Below, one piece after another: positions 9,642-18,643 of a stretch of DNA of 64,000 bases; position 1 is the stretch's first letter, and each line of letters starts with the position of its first letter. Origin of the DNA: a virus; IMG/VR virus record IMGVR_UViG_3300020159_001814, positions 13,793 through 77,792 of that record. One strand, given 5' to 3'. The notes beneath the pieces are model-generated. The model worked only from the letters and a program-made list of their open reading frames with translations, did not search any database and had not been told where the DNA came from. The position numbers were made by a program, and so were the translations under genes.

Positions 9642-9992
9642 TTAATACTTATATCTTTGTTTAAACGAACTATCAATTTCTTTTTTTGACATACCTTCTA
9701 TTTTTTCTTTCTTTTGTTCGTAAAAATTATTAATGGTTGTCTTTTCTGATTTTATTTTTGATATGTTCTCGTCAATTTTATCTATATCTTTTTTATATGA
9801 GGATATGGAGTCATTTAATTGTAGTTGTAATTGTTTCATTTTATTAATGTTCTGATCCAACTGTTCTAACTTATACTTTAATAATTCTGATTTATCAGGT
9901 GCTGGTGTTAATATTTTTACCAAAATAAATATAACAACACCAATTGTTAACACTAGTAATATCTCTTTATAATATTTTTTAATTAAATTCAT
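9642..9992 (-). CDS. N-terminally anchored coiled-coil protein (i-spanin-like candidate)
   Basis: N-terminal TM helix followed by heptad-rich region. Confidence 0.5.
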   Translation of the reverse strand: MNLIKKYYKEILLVLTIGVVIFILVKILTPAPDKSELLKYKLEQLDQNINKMKQLQLQLNDSISSYKKDIDKIDENISKIKSEKTTINNFYEQKKEKIEGMSKKEIDSSFKQRYKY

Positions 9993-10001
9993 TTTATATC
10001 A

Positions 10002-10562
10002 TTATATTTTTTTAGTCTTTCTTCTTGCCGATAGGACTTTAGCCCATTTTGCTTTAAATTTTTGGTAATATGATGTTAATTTTGTTACCAATTCCGTTAG
10101 TTTTTCATCCAACTTTATCATATCCCCATTAATATATACACCATTGTTTTCCCCTATTGAAAAGAAAAATTCTAAATCAAAATCAATAACTTTACCGCTC
10201 CATTGTACTTCATTAGGGTACATATTTAACACACCAAAATCAGATAAATCGGATACTTCTTCAACAAATTCATCCATTGTTTCTTGAAACGCCGTTTTTT
10301 CTTCTGTTGTTAATTCTAATTCTTTTTTTTCTTTAGAATGGATGGTTAAAAGTCCACCAGAAATTCTATATGATTTACTTTTATCTTGTTTTACCATTTC
10401 AGAGTCTGTTTGACCATCACCACTTGTTTCGTATTCTTTATCGTCTTTTGATATTTCGTTTTCAATACTTTTTGCGATGTTTACTCCTTCAGGCTGTTCC
10501 ATTAACATTCTAGACCTTTTTAAAAGTCTTTTTATTTCATCATATTCATTAATCATTTCCAA
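10002..10562 (-). CDS. Hypothetical protein
   Basis: 186-aa ORF. Confidence 0.7.
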   Translation of the reverse strand: MEMINEYDEIKRLLKRSRMLMEQPEGVNIAKSIENEISKDDKEYETSGDGQTDSEMVKQDKSKSYRISGGLLTIHSKEKKELELTTEEKTAFQETMDEFVEEVSDLSDFGVLNMYPNEVQWSGKVIDFDLEFFFSIGENNGVYINGDMIKLDEKLTELVTKLTSYYQKFKAKWAKVLSARRKTKKI

Positions 10563-11145
10563 TTAGTTTTTTTAATAGTTTAAAATCAAAAGCCGGATTT
10601 ACGTCTTTATGTGTTATATCAAAATTACTTTTAGATACCACACCGTTAAAGTTTTTAACATTATCCCACTTAACATTTGTCCCCAAACATTCTTTATTAA
10701 TGTTGAAATTATCACAAAGGGTTAATATTAACTTAGACAAGCTTTCTATTTGTTTATCTGTGTAAATGTCCCAATATGATTGATCCCTCCATTTTTTTTC
10801 AAATACTTCTCTTTTATAAATATCCCCTAACCATGTTACATACGTATCTTCTATAGGATTTTTTTTAAACCATCCTAAATTCTCTAAAGATATTGTTATT
10901 GCGTTTTTATCTATATCGATATCTTCCATATATAAAGAGTAACGACTTGGGTCCATTATGGTGTAAATGTCACCACTTTTTGTAATCACATAATTTGGTA
11001 AGTATGGGTTTTTTTTATTATAACGGTACCTTAAAGAATTAATATAATCTTTATAAGACCTTTTAGTGTCTGTCAGGATTATTTGTTTTTTATCTTTGTT
11101 TTCACCGAAATACTTAAAATCTGTCAATTCGTAGTGATCCACCAT
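10549..11145 (-). CDS. N-acetylmuramoyl-L-alanine amidase (Amidase_2/PGRP fold)-like protein, apparently degenerate active site
   Basis: Fold motifs NYVITKSGDIY, ISLENLG, YTDKQIESL..L, KDVNPAFD; expected Zn-ligand His positions read IILTDT and VVSKSN. Confidence 0.7.
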   Translation of the reverse strand: MVDHYELTDFKYFGENKDKKQIILTDTKRSYKDYINSLRYRYNKKNPYLPNYVITKSGDIYTIMDPSRYSLYMEDIDIDKNAITISLENLGWFKKNPIEDTYVTWLGDIYKREVFEKKWRDQSYWDIYTDKQIESLSKLILTLCDNFNINKECLGTNVKWDNVKNFNGVVSKSNFDITHKDVNPAFDFKLLKKLIGND

Positions 11146-12238
11146 TTCTATTTGTGTATGTCAGACGTTTAGGTTGTTCTTCAGTAGATTCCACTATGTT
11201 ATCTTCTTTTTTTTCTAAAATATCATAGTCTTTGTTTTCAAAATAATCTTCAACAGGTAAAAATTCTTTTTTTACGGGTACTTCCACTATTTTTTCAACT
11301 ATTTTTTCTACAGGTACTTCCACTATTTTTTCAATAATAATGGGGTCTACTTGGTCGGTACTTGGTCGGTTGTTAGTCGGTACTTGATCGGTAACTTGGG
11401 GGGTAACTTGGGGGGTAACTTGGGGGGTATCGTCTTCTTTTCGTCTTGATTTAAAAGCTTGGTTTGTGGCAATAACTAACGTGATGGCTAATGGGTCAAA
11501 CACAAAGATTAAAATTAGAATGAACAGGTTCGCAGTTCTTTTAATATCCCAATCAAGTAATTCACTAACATATTTTAAAGCTCCTAACTCACTTCCTGAT
11601 ATTTCTTCTGACTCCATATTTAAAATATCAACATCTAGTTTAGTTATACTATCATTCATATTATCTATTCTTTTAGCTATAGTATCTCTTCTTACTTGTG
11701 CTTGTGATAGTTGTGTTTCAAATGTTTTTCTATTTGCGTTATTAGCCCTTGTTACAACTTGACCCGTTCGTTTATCTACGGACTGAGTTGTTGTATTATT
11801 AGATAATCCATCCCTTAGTTTGGTAATGTCTCCATCTAATGTGTTTTTTTCCTTAGTTAATTCATCTTTGACTTCTTCAAACCTTTTCTTTTTAACTTCA
11901 ATGTTTTTAACTTGTTTTTCGTTTATTTCAAGTTTCGCTATATTCCCTTGGAATCCTGTACTTAGTAATCCGTATATCCCTAACGATGTGATCAGTGATA
12001 AAATCACAAGTGCGGTTGTTAAATATATCTTTAAAACCCCGTAAGTTTGTTTCCATTTGTCGTGTAGGTATGTTGCAATTGCAATTTTAGAAATTTCAAG
12101 GAAAGACCCCATTATAATAACTGGGATTGCAACACCAACAAAGACAATAGAAAGTCCAACAACGGAATAATATGCTGCAGTTCCTGATAGTCCCAACGCA
12201 CAAATTAACATAAACCACGGTAAAAATTTTTCTTTCAT
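11114..12238 (-). CDS. Multi-TM membrane protein with long coiled coil and repetitive tail
   Basis: Three N-terminal TMs, coiled coil, TM with FDPLA, PQVT and EKIVEVPV repeats. Confidence 0.75.
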   Translation of the reverse strand: MKEKFLPWFMLICALGLSGTAAYYSVVGLSIVFVGVAIPVIIMGSFLEISKIAIATYLHDKWKQTYGVLKIYLTTALVILSLITSLGIYGLLSTGFQGNIAKLEINEKQVKNIEVKKKRFEEVKDELTKEKNTLDGDITKLRDGLSNNTTTQSVDKRTGQVVTRANNANRKTFETQLSQAQVRRDTIAKRIDNMNDSITKLDVDILNMESEEISGSELGALKYVSELLDWDIKRTANLFILILIFVFDPLAITLVIATNQAFKSRRKEDDTPQVTPQVTPQVTDQVPTNNRPSTDQVDPIIIEKIVEVPVEKIVEKIVEVPVKKEFLPVEDYFENKDYDILEKKEDNIVESTEEQPKRLTYTNRNGGSLRIDRF

Positions 12239-12284
12239 ATTATTAAACTATAATTAATAAATACTTATAATAAAGATTAACATT

Positions 12285-12734
12285 ATGTCATTACTTAGAG
12301 AGTCAATAAGAAAGCACTTATTAGTTGAAAAAACTATCGCTCAAATTATTTCAAATATAGAAGTTTCATTCAATCTTGAAATTGATCGCAGTTTTCATGC
12401 TTTCGATAGAAAAAAAAGAAGCGACTTAGAAGGTAAGGGATTTGAATTAAGTGGTAAACACAGTTATGAATATAACCAAAGAGAAATAAGTAATCCTGAA
12501 ATAAAAGAAGTCATTAATTTATCAAAAAAAGAAATTGCGGAAAAAATTGTATCAAGAGAAATCAACGATGAAGTTCCGTTTATTATAAAGTCTTTGAAGT
12601 GGGAAGTGGCAATTACTATAATACCAATGTTTCAGGGTGGAACGTATTGGATATTAAAAGTTAAGACAGTATTTAGGGAATCATTAGATAACCCTTTTAG
12701 GGTTGGTAAAGAACAATTAGTTATTTGGGTATAA
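12285..12734 (+). CDS. Hypothetical protein, possible BECR/RelE-like ribonuclease fold
   Basis: SFHAFDR...REISNPEIKEVI...VKTVF pattern resembles HAxxR / Is..EI / vxTv small RNase folds. Confidence 0.45.
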   Translation: MSLLRESIRKHLLVEKTIAQIISNIEVSFNLEIDRSFHAFDRKKRSDLEGKGFELSGKHSYEYNQREISNPEIKEVINLSKKEIAEKIVSREINDEVPFIIKSLKWEVAITIIPMFQGGTYWILKVKTVFRESLDNPFRVGKEQLVIWV

Positions 12735-12765
12735 ATAAAAAATCCCACCGGTACCAGTGGGATTT
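12735..12765 (-). terminator. Intrinsic terminator
   Basis: Minus strand AAATCCCACTG-GTAC-CGGTGGGATTT followed by T-rich run; G-U pair only on minus strand. Confidence 0.75.
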
Positions 12766-12875
12766 CGTAGTTTCATCTTACCATATAGATAAGATTGAGG
12801 AATTTCACCCTGAGAACCTCGTGTCTCATTCCGCCGAGTTGTAAGGGTAATCTCGGTTCAACCCTTTTTGTTTGT
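12737..12875 (-). ncRNA. Candidate structured ncRNA (two H-type pseudoknots, a hairpin and a terminator)
   Basis: GC-enriched intergenic island with no ORF in the track; own TATCTTTG promoter; nested complementary segments. Confidence 0.6.
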
Positions 12876-12879
12876 CTTA

Positions 12880-12887
12880 CAAAGATA
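12880..12887 (-). promoter_or_regulatory. TAnnTTTG promoter element upstream of the candidate ncRNA
   Basis: TATCTTTG on minus strand with no ORF downstream before the terminator. Confidence 0.6.
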
Positions 12888-12899
12888 TATCTTTTTTTA

Positions 12900-13187
12900 T
12901 TACAAACCTAACATTTCACCGACTTTTTTGAAATGTTTTTCAATTTTGTTCAAAGCTGCTGTTGCTTTTTGTTTGGTATTGAAATATGCGTAGAATTGAC
13001 AGGATTCAGAATCAAATTCGGCAGTTATCTTTAATGTTTTTTCAACAAAACTTTCAAATTCATATGCGTCTTCCCATTTACGAATTGTGTTTTTATTGGG
13101 GAAACCTGTTAATGTCCATTGAGCCCCTTCCCAATTACCTTTAGTGATTGTTAATCCTACATTATAGATTGTTTCTGTGTTTGTCAT
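12900..13187 (-). CDS. Hypothetical protein (early-type promoter)
   Basis: 95-aa ORF with full consensus promoter upstream. Confidence 0.75.
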   Translation of the reverse strand: MTNTETIYNVGLTITKGNWEGAQWTLTGFPNKNTIRKWEDAYEFESFVEKTLKITAEFDSESCQFYAYFNTKQKATAALNKIEKHFKKVGEMLGL

Positions 13188-13207
13188 AGTTTTTTAGTTT
13201 TGTTTTA

Positions 13208-13239
13208 CAAATATATGACGTTTATATCAATCTACCAAA
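13208..13239 (-). promoter_or_regulatory. Bacteroidota-type sigma70 promoter
   Basis: TTTG(13239-13236), 20-nt spacer, TATATTTG(13215-13208). Confidence 0.7.
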
Positions 13240-13243
13240 TTTA

Positions 13244-14047
13244 TTACCCTAAATATTCAAATAAATCTGAACATTCGTTTCTTAACTTACGTAAAGCTTT
13301 TTCTTTAATTTGTCTTACACGTTCTTTGGTTAATGAAAAATCAGTTCCAATATCTTCTAGTGTTCTTGGTGTGCCTGTAATCCCGTAATAGTCTTCAACA
13401 ATTACCCTTTCTCTTTCGTCAAGTACACACATTATTTTCATCATTTTTTCTTTTAGTGCGTCTTTTGTTGAAAATATTTCGTCGGGAGCAACTACGTTAT
13501 CATTTTTAATAATATCAACTAGTGTGTCACCGTCTTCGTTTATATGCATATCCAAATCAATCATTCTTGGTAGGTTTGCAAACTTATCAGATAATTCTTT
13601 ATTTGTTTTTTCGTTTTCACGTTTTTCTTTTTGCATGTCTTGTACGACATTTACCGGAAGTCTGATGGTACGTGAATTTTCGTTAAGTGATTGTAAAATT
13701 GATTGTTTAATCCACCAAACAGCGTAAGATATAAATCTATTATTTTTAGTCCAATCAAAATTATTAATCGCTTTCATTAAACCAAAGTTACCTTCAGCAA
13801 TTAAGTCAGACAAATCAATCCCTTGATTTTGGTATTGTTTTGCTACTGTAATAACAAAACGTAGATTACCTTCTAACATTTCTTTTTGGATCTGTTTCTT
13901 TTCTCTTTCGGTACAATCTTTAGAACAAATACGTTCAGATAGTATTTTTTCTCTTTCAGGTGTCATCACCTTTAATTTTCTAATATCTTTCAAATAAATT
14001 TGAATTTCATCCTGATTTAAAGGGTTTGTTGATTTTACTTCTTCCAT
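13244..14047 (-). CDS. RNA polymerase sigma-70 factor, RpoD/SigA-like without region 1.1
   Basis: NLRFVITVAKQYQNQG, DLIAEGNFGL, FISYAVWWIKQSI, TIRLP, region 4 TLEDIG...LTKERVRQIKEKALRKL. Confidence 0.93.
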   Translation of the reverse strand: MEEVKSTNPLNQDEIQIYLKDIRKLKVMTPEREKILSERICSKDCTEREKKQIQKEMLEGNLRFVITVAKQYQNQGIDLSDLIAEGNFGLMKAINNFDWTKNNRFISYAVWWIKQSILQSLNENSRTIRLPVNVVQDMQKEKRENEKTNKELSDKFANLPRMIDLDMHINEDGDTLVDIIKNDNVVAPDEIFSTKDALKEKMMKIMCVLDERERVIVEDYYGITGTPRTLEDIGTDFSLTKERVRQIKEKALRKLRNECSDLFEYLG

Positions 14048-14048
14048 T

Positions 14049-14630
14049 TTACTTCTTTCCATAATTTTCTAAAATTTGTTTTTCTCTTTCTGTTAATGAT
14101 TCTATTCCTGTTTCTGTTATCTTATCTAATATATCGTCTATACTTGGGTCTTTTACTATTTCGTCTTCGTTCGTTTTAAAGAAATTTGGGTCCATGATTG
14201 GGAACATCATGTGGTAAATATCCATTTCTTTTTTTGTTGGTTTGAATTTAATTTCTGTCGGTTCACCTATTTCAATACTTCCATTTTTATTTTGTGGTTT
14301 TTCATCATCAATATTAAGGAAATCTTTCTTTAGTGGTCTATCCATTTTTACATCAAAATTCGTACCTACTTCAACAAGATAATATTGTTCAGTAATTTCA
14401 TTTAATGACATGTCAATATATTCTTTTAAATCATTAAATGTTTCTTTTGTTCTAAAATGACAAACCATACCAAATTCACCGTAGTTAAATTTAATGAATT
14501 TTGAGCTAACTATGGCAATTAATTGGTAATTAATTTCATTTACAAGATTTTCGTCGTCTGAAAAATCACCGAATAAAAATAACATATATCGTTTATCTTT
14601 AATCGCCATATTCTTAGTCTTCTTTTTCAT
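14049..14630 (-). CDS. Hypothetical protein with C-terminal DUF6576-like motif
   Basis: IDDILDKITETGIESLTEREKQIL; start moved downstream of TATATTTG at 14653-14660. Confidence 0.6.
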   Translation of the reverse strand: MKKKTKNMAIKDKRYMLFLFGDFSDDENLVNEINYQLIAIVSSKFIKFNYGEFGMVCHFRTKETFNDLKEYIDMSLNEITEQYYLVEVGTNFDVKMDRPLKKDFLNIDDEKPQNKNGSIEIGEPTEIKFKPTKKEMDIYHMMFPIMDPNFFKTNEDEIVKDPSIDDILDKITETGIESLTEREKQILENYGKK

Positions 14631-14680
14631 AAATAGTTTAGATATTAATTTACAAATATAATATTTTTTAAACATAAAAA

Positions 14681-15532
14681 TTAAATTCCAAATTCTTTTA
14701 ATACTAAATTTTTAAAATTTTCGTCACCAAGTTGTACTTTTTGTGATTTTTTGAATAACTTTTCTATTTTTTCAGTATCCATAAATTCAGCAGAAAGACT
14801 TTCATATGTCCCGTTAGTATAGTCTTGAAATTTTTTTAGGTAATTTGGTTTTGTTGATGTTACTATCGATTTTATTTTATTAAAAACTTTTTTAGTGTTG
14901 TTCATTCTTTCTAAACCTTTCAATACTTCGGTTGATTCTTCAACTTCAACTTGTACTATTGGGTTACCGTTTTGATACGCAACAAAATCAACCCAATAAA
15001 AAGTGTCTTTACTTGTTAAATTTAATAGATTTGTTTCGTGTGATTCTATGATAGTTTTGTTATCATATTTAGTTTTATTACGGTCTCCGCTTGAGTCATT
15101 TTTTGGTACCCATACATCACAACCGATTTTTGTAAATATACTACATAACTGATACTGTATGTTTACATGTTTTCTTGTTTCATTTTTGTTAGTTTTTTCT
15201 ATCAATTCTTCTGAATTGTTTTTCAAAGCCAACTCATATATTTGATTATTATCAGTATAAAAATAATCAACACCTTCATACTCAAAAGAATGTAATTCTT
15301 TTATGCTTCGGCCTTCTTCATTTTTACAAACTTGTGAAATTTTACTTCTTGTTGTTCCAAAAGCACTTCTCCAATCGTTACCATTAAAAAGGTGTGGTTC
15401 ATTTTCAAACTTAGTTTTAATCATTTTATAGATCATACCTTTTGTTGGAAAAACACCTTTATTTTTAATTGTCCACAACACAAATAACGGTATAGATTCT
15501 TTTATTGTTTGTGATGCGCTTGGTAATTTCAT
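14681..15532 (-). CDS. Putative PD-(D/E)xK restriction endonuclease
   Basis: HVNIQYQL...GCDVWVPKND and VDFV...QVEVEEST; directly downstream of a methyltransferase. Confidence 0.55.
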   Translation of the reverse strand: MKLPSASQTIKESIPLFVLWTIKNKGVFPTKGMIYKMIKTKFENEPHLFNGNDWRSAFGTTRSKISQVCKNEEGRSIKELHSFEYEGVDYFYTDNNQIYELALKNNSEELIEKTNKNETRKHVNIQYQLCSIFTKIGCDVWVPKNDSSGDRNKTKYDNKTIIESHETNLLNLTSKDTFYWVDFVAYQNGNPIVQVEVEESTEVLKGLERMNNTKKVFNKIKSIVTSTKPNYLKKFQDYTNGTYESLSAEFMDTEKIEKLFKKSQKVQLGDENFKNLVLKEFGI

Positions 15533-15578
15533 TTTATTTTTAGTTTTAAATATGTTTTACAAATATAAAGACTTTTTT

Positions 15579-16256
15579 TTAAACGGTTACTATGTTTTGA
15601 TAAAAAATCACTTCTTTTGTTTTGTGTTTCTGTCCTTGTATTTCAACTAATGGTTTAAAGTCCATCCATGTCGCTTCTGAATTTTCACAAACAATTGTTT
15701 CACCATTACGTTCTAAACACCAATCTTTTAAGTTTTCATAATCAAAACCCTTATTACCGTGTTTATAGTACTTGCCCCCATTTCCTTGGTATGGCGGGTC
15801 TATAAACCAAGTCGCATCTATATTTTCTATTTGTTGATAATCTCCGTTAATTATTGTCCAATGTTTAACTTTATTAACATCGTTAGATAATTTTAATCTA
15901 TTCTTTTCATTCCACCCACAAAATTTACCAGGTGACTTTTTTGGTTGTGAAGAACCAGGATTTAAAAAAAACCCAATCAAGGATTTTTGATTGTCGGTTA
16001 GGTAATTAAATTGTTCGTCATTTAAAGATTGTCCCTTTACCAATAAAGGTAGTGAAAGTATTTCATCAGAACTAACTTCAATTAGGTATGACCAAAGATC
16101 TGCAATTCTTTTATCTTTTTCAATTAATATAACATCCCTATCATAATAATTCATTGAATATGCTGCCGACCCGGCAAATGGTTCAATTATTGTCCCATAC
16201 TTAGGTTTAGGATAATAACTAAAAATCTTTTCTTTTCTTCCGTAATAATAAAACAT
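15579..16256 (-). CDS. DNA adenine methyltransferase
   Basis: YYGRK, IEPFAGSA (motif I), FIDPPY (motif IV). Confidence 0.85.
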   Translation of the reverse strand: MFYYYGRKEKIFSYYPKPKYGTIIEPFAGSAAYSMNYYDRDVILIEKDKRIADLWSYLIEVSSDEILSLPLLVKGQSLNDEQFNYLTDNQKSLIGFFLNPGSSQPKKSPGKFCGWNEKNRLKLSNDVNKVKHWTIINGDYQQIENIDATWFIDPPYQGNGGKYYKHGNKGFDYENLKDWCLERNGETIVCENSEATWMDFKPLVEIQGQKHKTKEVIFYQNIVTV

Positions 16257-16290
16257 ACCTAATTATAAATTATTTTTATACTAATATCAA

Positions 16291-18624
16291 TTATTGGTAA
16301 ACTTTTGATATGTTATCTTCTTTTTTAATTTTAACAACACTGTCAGCCCATTGATTCACCATTGGGTTATGGGTTATAAGGAAAATCTTTTCAAAATATT
16401 CTTTTATTTTTACAAAAAATTCTGAAACCATTTCCAAGTTTTCATTTGAAATCTTACCGAAAACCTCATCGAAAACAATTACGTTTGGTTTAGGTAATGA
16501 ACATATTTTACTTAGTACCGACCTTAAAGCTAAAGAAGCTATTGTTCTTTCGTAACCAGATCCTGATGACATTAGTTTTTCAATACCTGTTCCATTATCT
16601 ATCATTAAGAATTCGACTTCATTCTTATCAGATATTCTAATTTCTAACTTGAAGTAAGAACTATCTTCCATTAATCTTTGAAGTTCTGAATTAATCAATG
16701 GCATCATTGTCTTCATTATAATTTTAGATATACCATTTTTACCGTAAGCCTCCAAATACATTTTATGTATTTTTTCTTTTTCTTGTTCTTCGGCAATTTT
16801 TATAATGTTATTTAAGTTTGTTTTAATTTTTTCTTCTAAAGATTTAACTGAATAATCATCACTATTAATTTGTGTTTGTTTTTGTGTCTTTTGTCTTTCT
16901 AAATCTTCAATTCTTAAATTAGCCTTAATTAACATACTATCTATATGTTCATTTTCTTTTATCTTATCAAGCATCTTATCGTATTCAGTAAGTTTTGTCT
17001 GAAGTCCTTGTATTTTTAACTGATAGTTTTCAATTGTCGCATCGTACTTTTCTTTAATAAGTTTGTTTTTTTCATATTCATCAAAATCCTTTTTCAACCT
17101 GACAAACGTTTGTTCTATGCCTGATAAAACCTGCATTGTGGTCCAAACATTGTCTTTTTGCATGATATAACCATCAAGTTCAGATATTTTTTGTTGTGTA
17201 ATACTAGCATTCATTAAATTGATCCCACAATGTTCACATTTGATTCCACCCTCAACAGAACTCTTTAGTTTCTCAACTTCTTCTATTTTTGTTTCAATCT
17301 GAATTAACTCTTTATTAAGTCTTGAATATTCTTCTTTAGTTTTATCGTGTTCATCCTCTTTGTAGTATTCTTTTGGTTCAACTACTTTAAGTTCATTAAG
17401 TTTTAATTTTGTTTGTTCAATCTGATACTCGTGTCCTTCAATATCTTGTTTAACCTGGCTTGGGTTTAATCTACTTAACTCAACGTCAATATCTGTGTGT
17501 TTTTTAGAAATCATGTCGTCGCGATAATCCCTACCTTTTGTTAGATTTGTATCAATATTTACCAATTCAAGTCCATATGATTCAATATTAGACTTTAACT
17601 CGGTAATTTTTGTTTCGTTGTTTTCGTTATCTGTTTTTAATTGTTCGGTATTGTAAATGTTAGATAACATTGATTTTGAAAAGTCGGAATATATTAATTT
17701 TGCGGCTTCTTCTTTTCTTTTTAAAAACTCTAACCCCATAAAACGAGTTAGTACCTGTCCTCTAGCAGTTGGTTTTGCGTCAATCAATTCTTCAAGATTT
17801 GTTGCCGTTGTAAGTATGGTCATTAGGAAATCATCTTTAGTTCCAATAGATTCTTTAATGAATTTTTCAGTTTCCCTTCTTTGTTCACCAGTAAAGTTTT
17901 GTAAAGTCCCATCAGCCAATTTTTTAAAAAAGTCTAATTCCGTTTTAACATTCCATTCACCTTTTTTAGACATTTTTCTTTCTATATTCCTAACGATAAT
18001 ATATTCTTCACCGTCGATAACAATTTCACCTTTTACAGTAACTTTATCTTTATCTGTAAACCGGTTAAAAATTTCTTCAGCTTTAGTTGTTTTTGTTGTT
18101 TCATTAAAGAATAAAAACAATAGTAAATCAACAGATAATACTGTCTTACCACCAAAATTTGGCGGGTTAGATTCAATAACAGTCAAACCATTACATTTTT
18201 CAAAATCTATTTTTTGGTTTTCTCCGTAAGATAAAAAGTTAGAAAATTCAATGTTTTTTATATACCATTTTTTAAAAACAGTCGTTTCTGTTTCATTTTC
18301 TTGCATTTTATTTTCAACCATTTTATTATGTGATAAAATAGTATCTAAATAGTTTTCATATCCTTTACTTACCAAGTATTGTTTTAATAAATCGACTTGG
18401 TAGTTGGTATCCATAATGTTTACCGATACGTCAACAGTTTGTTCCGTTTCTTCCTGTGTTGTTTTTACTTTGGTAATAACATTAACATTGGTTGTGTTAT
18501 ATTTTTTTTGGAAGTAGTGTTTTACACTTTTAATTCTGTCTTGTGTAAAATTCTCATTAATATCTTCCCAAACAACTTGGATGTACGGGTTTTCAAACTT
18601 AGTAAAGTTTATTTCTTTTGTCAT
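16291..18624 (-). CDS. SbcC/Rad50/gp46-like recombination ATPase
   Basis: IEFSNFLSYG, Walker A-like NFGGKT, coiled coils, CEHCG zinc hook, SGYE signature, Walker B VIVFDEVFG, H-loop ITH. Confidence 0.9.
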   Translation of the reverse strand: MTKEINFTKFENPYIQVVWEDINENFTQDRIKSVKHYFQKKYNTTNVNVITKVKTTQEETEQTVDVSVNIMDTNYQVDLLKQYLVSKGYENYLDTILSHNKMVENKMQENETETTVFKKWYIKNIEFSNFLSYGENQKIDFEKCNGLTVIESNPPNFGGKTVLSVDLLLFLFFNETTKTTKAEEIFNRFTDKDKVTVKGEIVIDGEEYIIVRNIERKMSKKGEWNVKTELDFFKKLADGTLQNFTGEQRRETEKFIKESIGTKDDFLMTILTTATNLEELIDAKPTARGQVLTRFMGLEFLKRKEEAAKLIYSDFSKSMLSNIYNTEQLKTDNENNETKITELKSNIESYGLELVNIDTNLTKGRDYRDDMISKKHTDIDVELSRLNPSQVKQDIEGHEYQIEQTKLKLNELKVVEPKEYYKEDEHDKTKEEYSRLNKELIQIETKIEEVEKLKSSVEGGIKCEHCGINLMNASITQQKISELDGYIMQKDNVWTTMQVLSGIEQTFVRLKKDFDEYEKNKLIKEKYDATIENYQLKIQGLQTKLTEYDKMLDKIKENEHIDSMLIKANLRIEDLERQKTQKQTQINSDDYSVKSLEEKIKTNLNNIIKIAEEQEKEKIHKMYLEAYGKNGISKIIMKTMMPLINSELQRLMEDSSYFKLEIRISDKNEVEFLMIDNGTGIEKLMSSGSGYERTIASLALRSVLSKICSLPKPNVIVFDEVFGKISNENLEMVSEFFVKIKEYFEKIFLITHNPMVNQWADSVVKIKKEDNISKVYQ

Positions 18625-18643
18625 GTTTGTATAATTAAATGGT

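Noticed and set aside
12737-12875. Hammerhead/HDV/twister ribozyme, tRNA or riboswitch
   Set aside because: No CUGAnGA core, HDV nested topology or cloverleaf found by eye; no downstream ORF for a riboswitch to control
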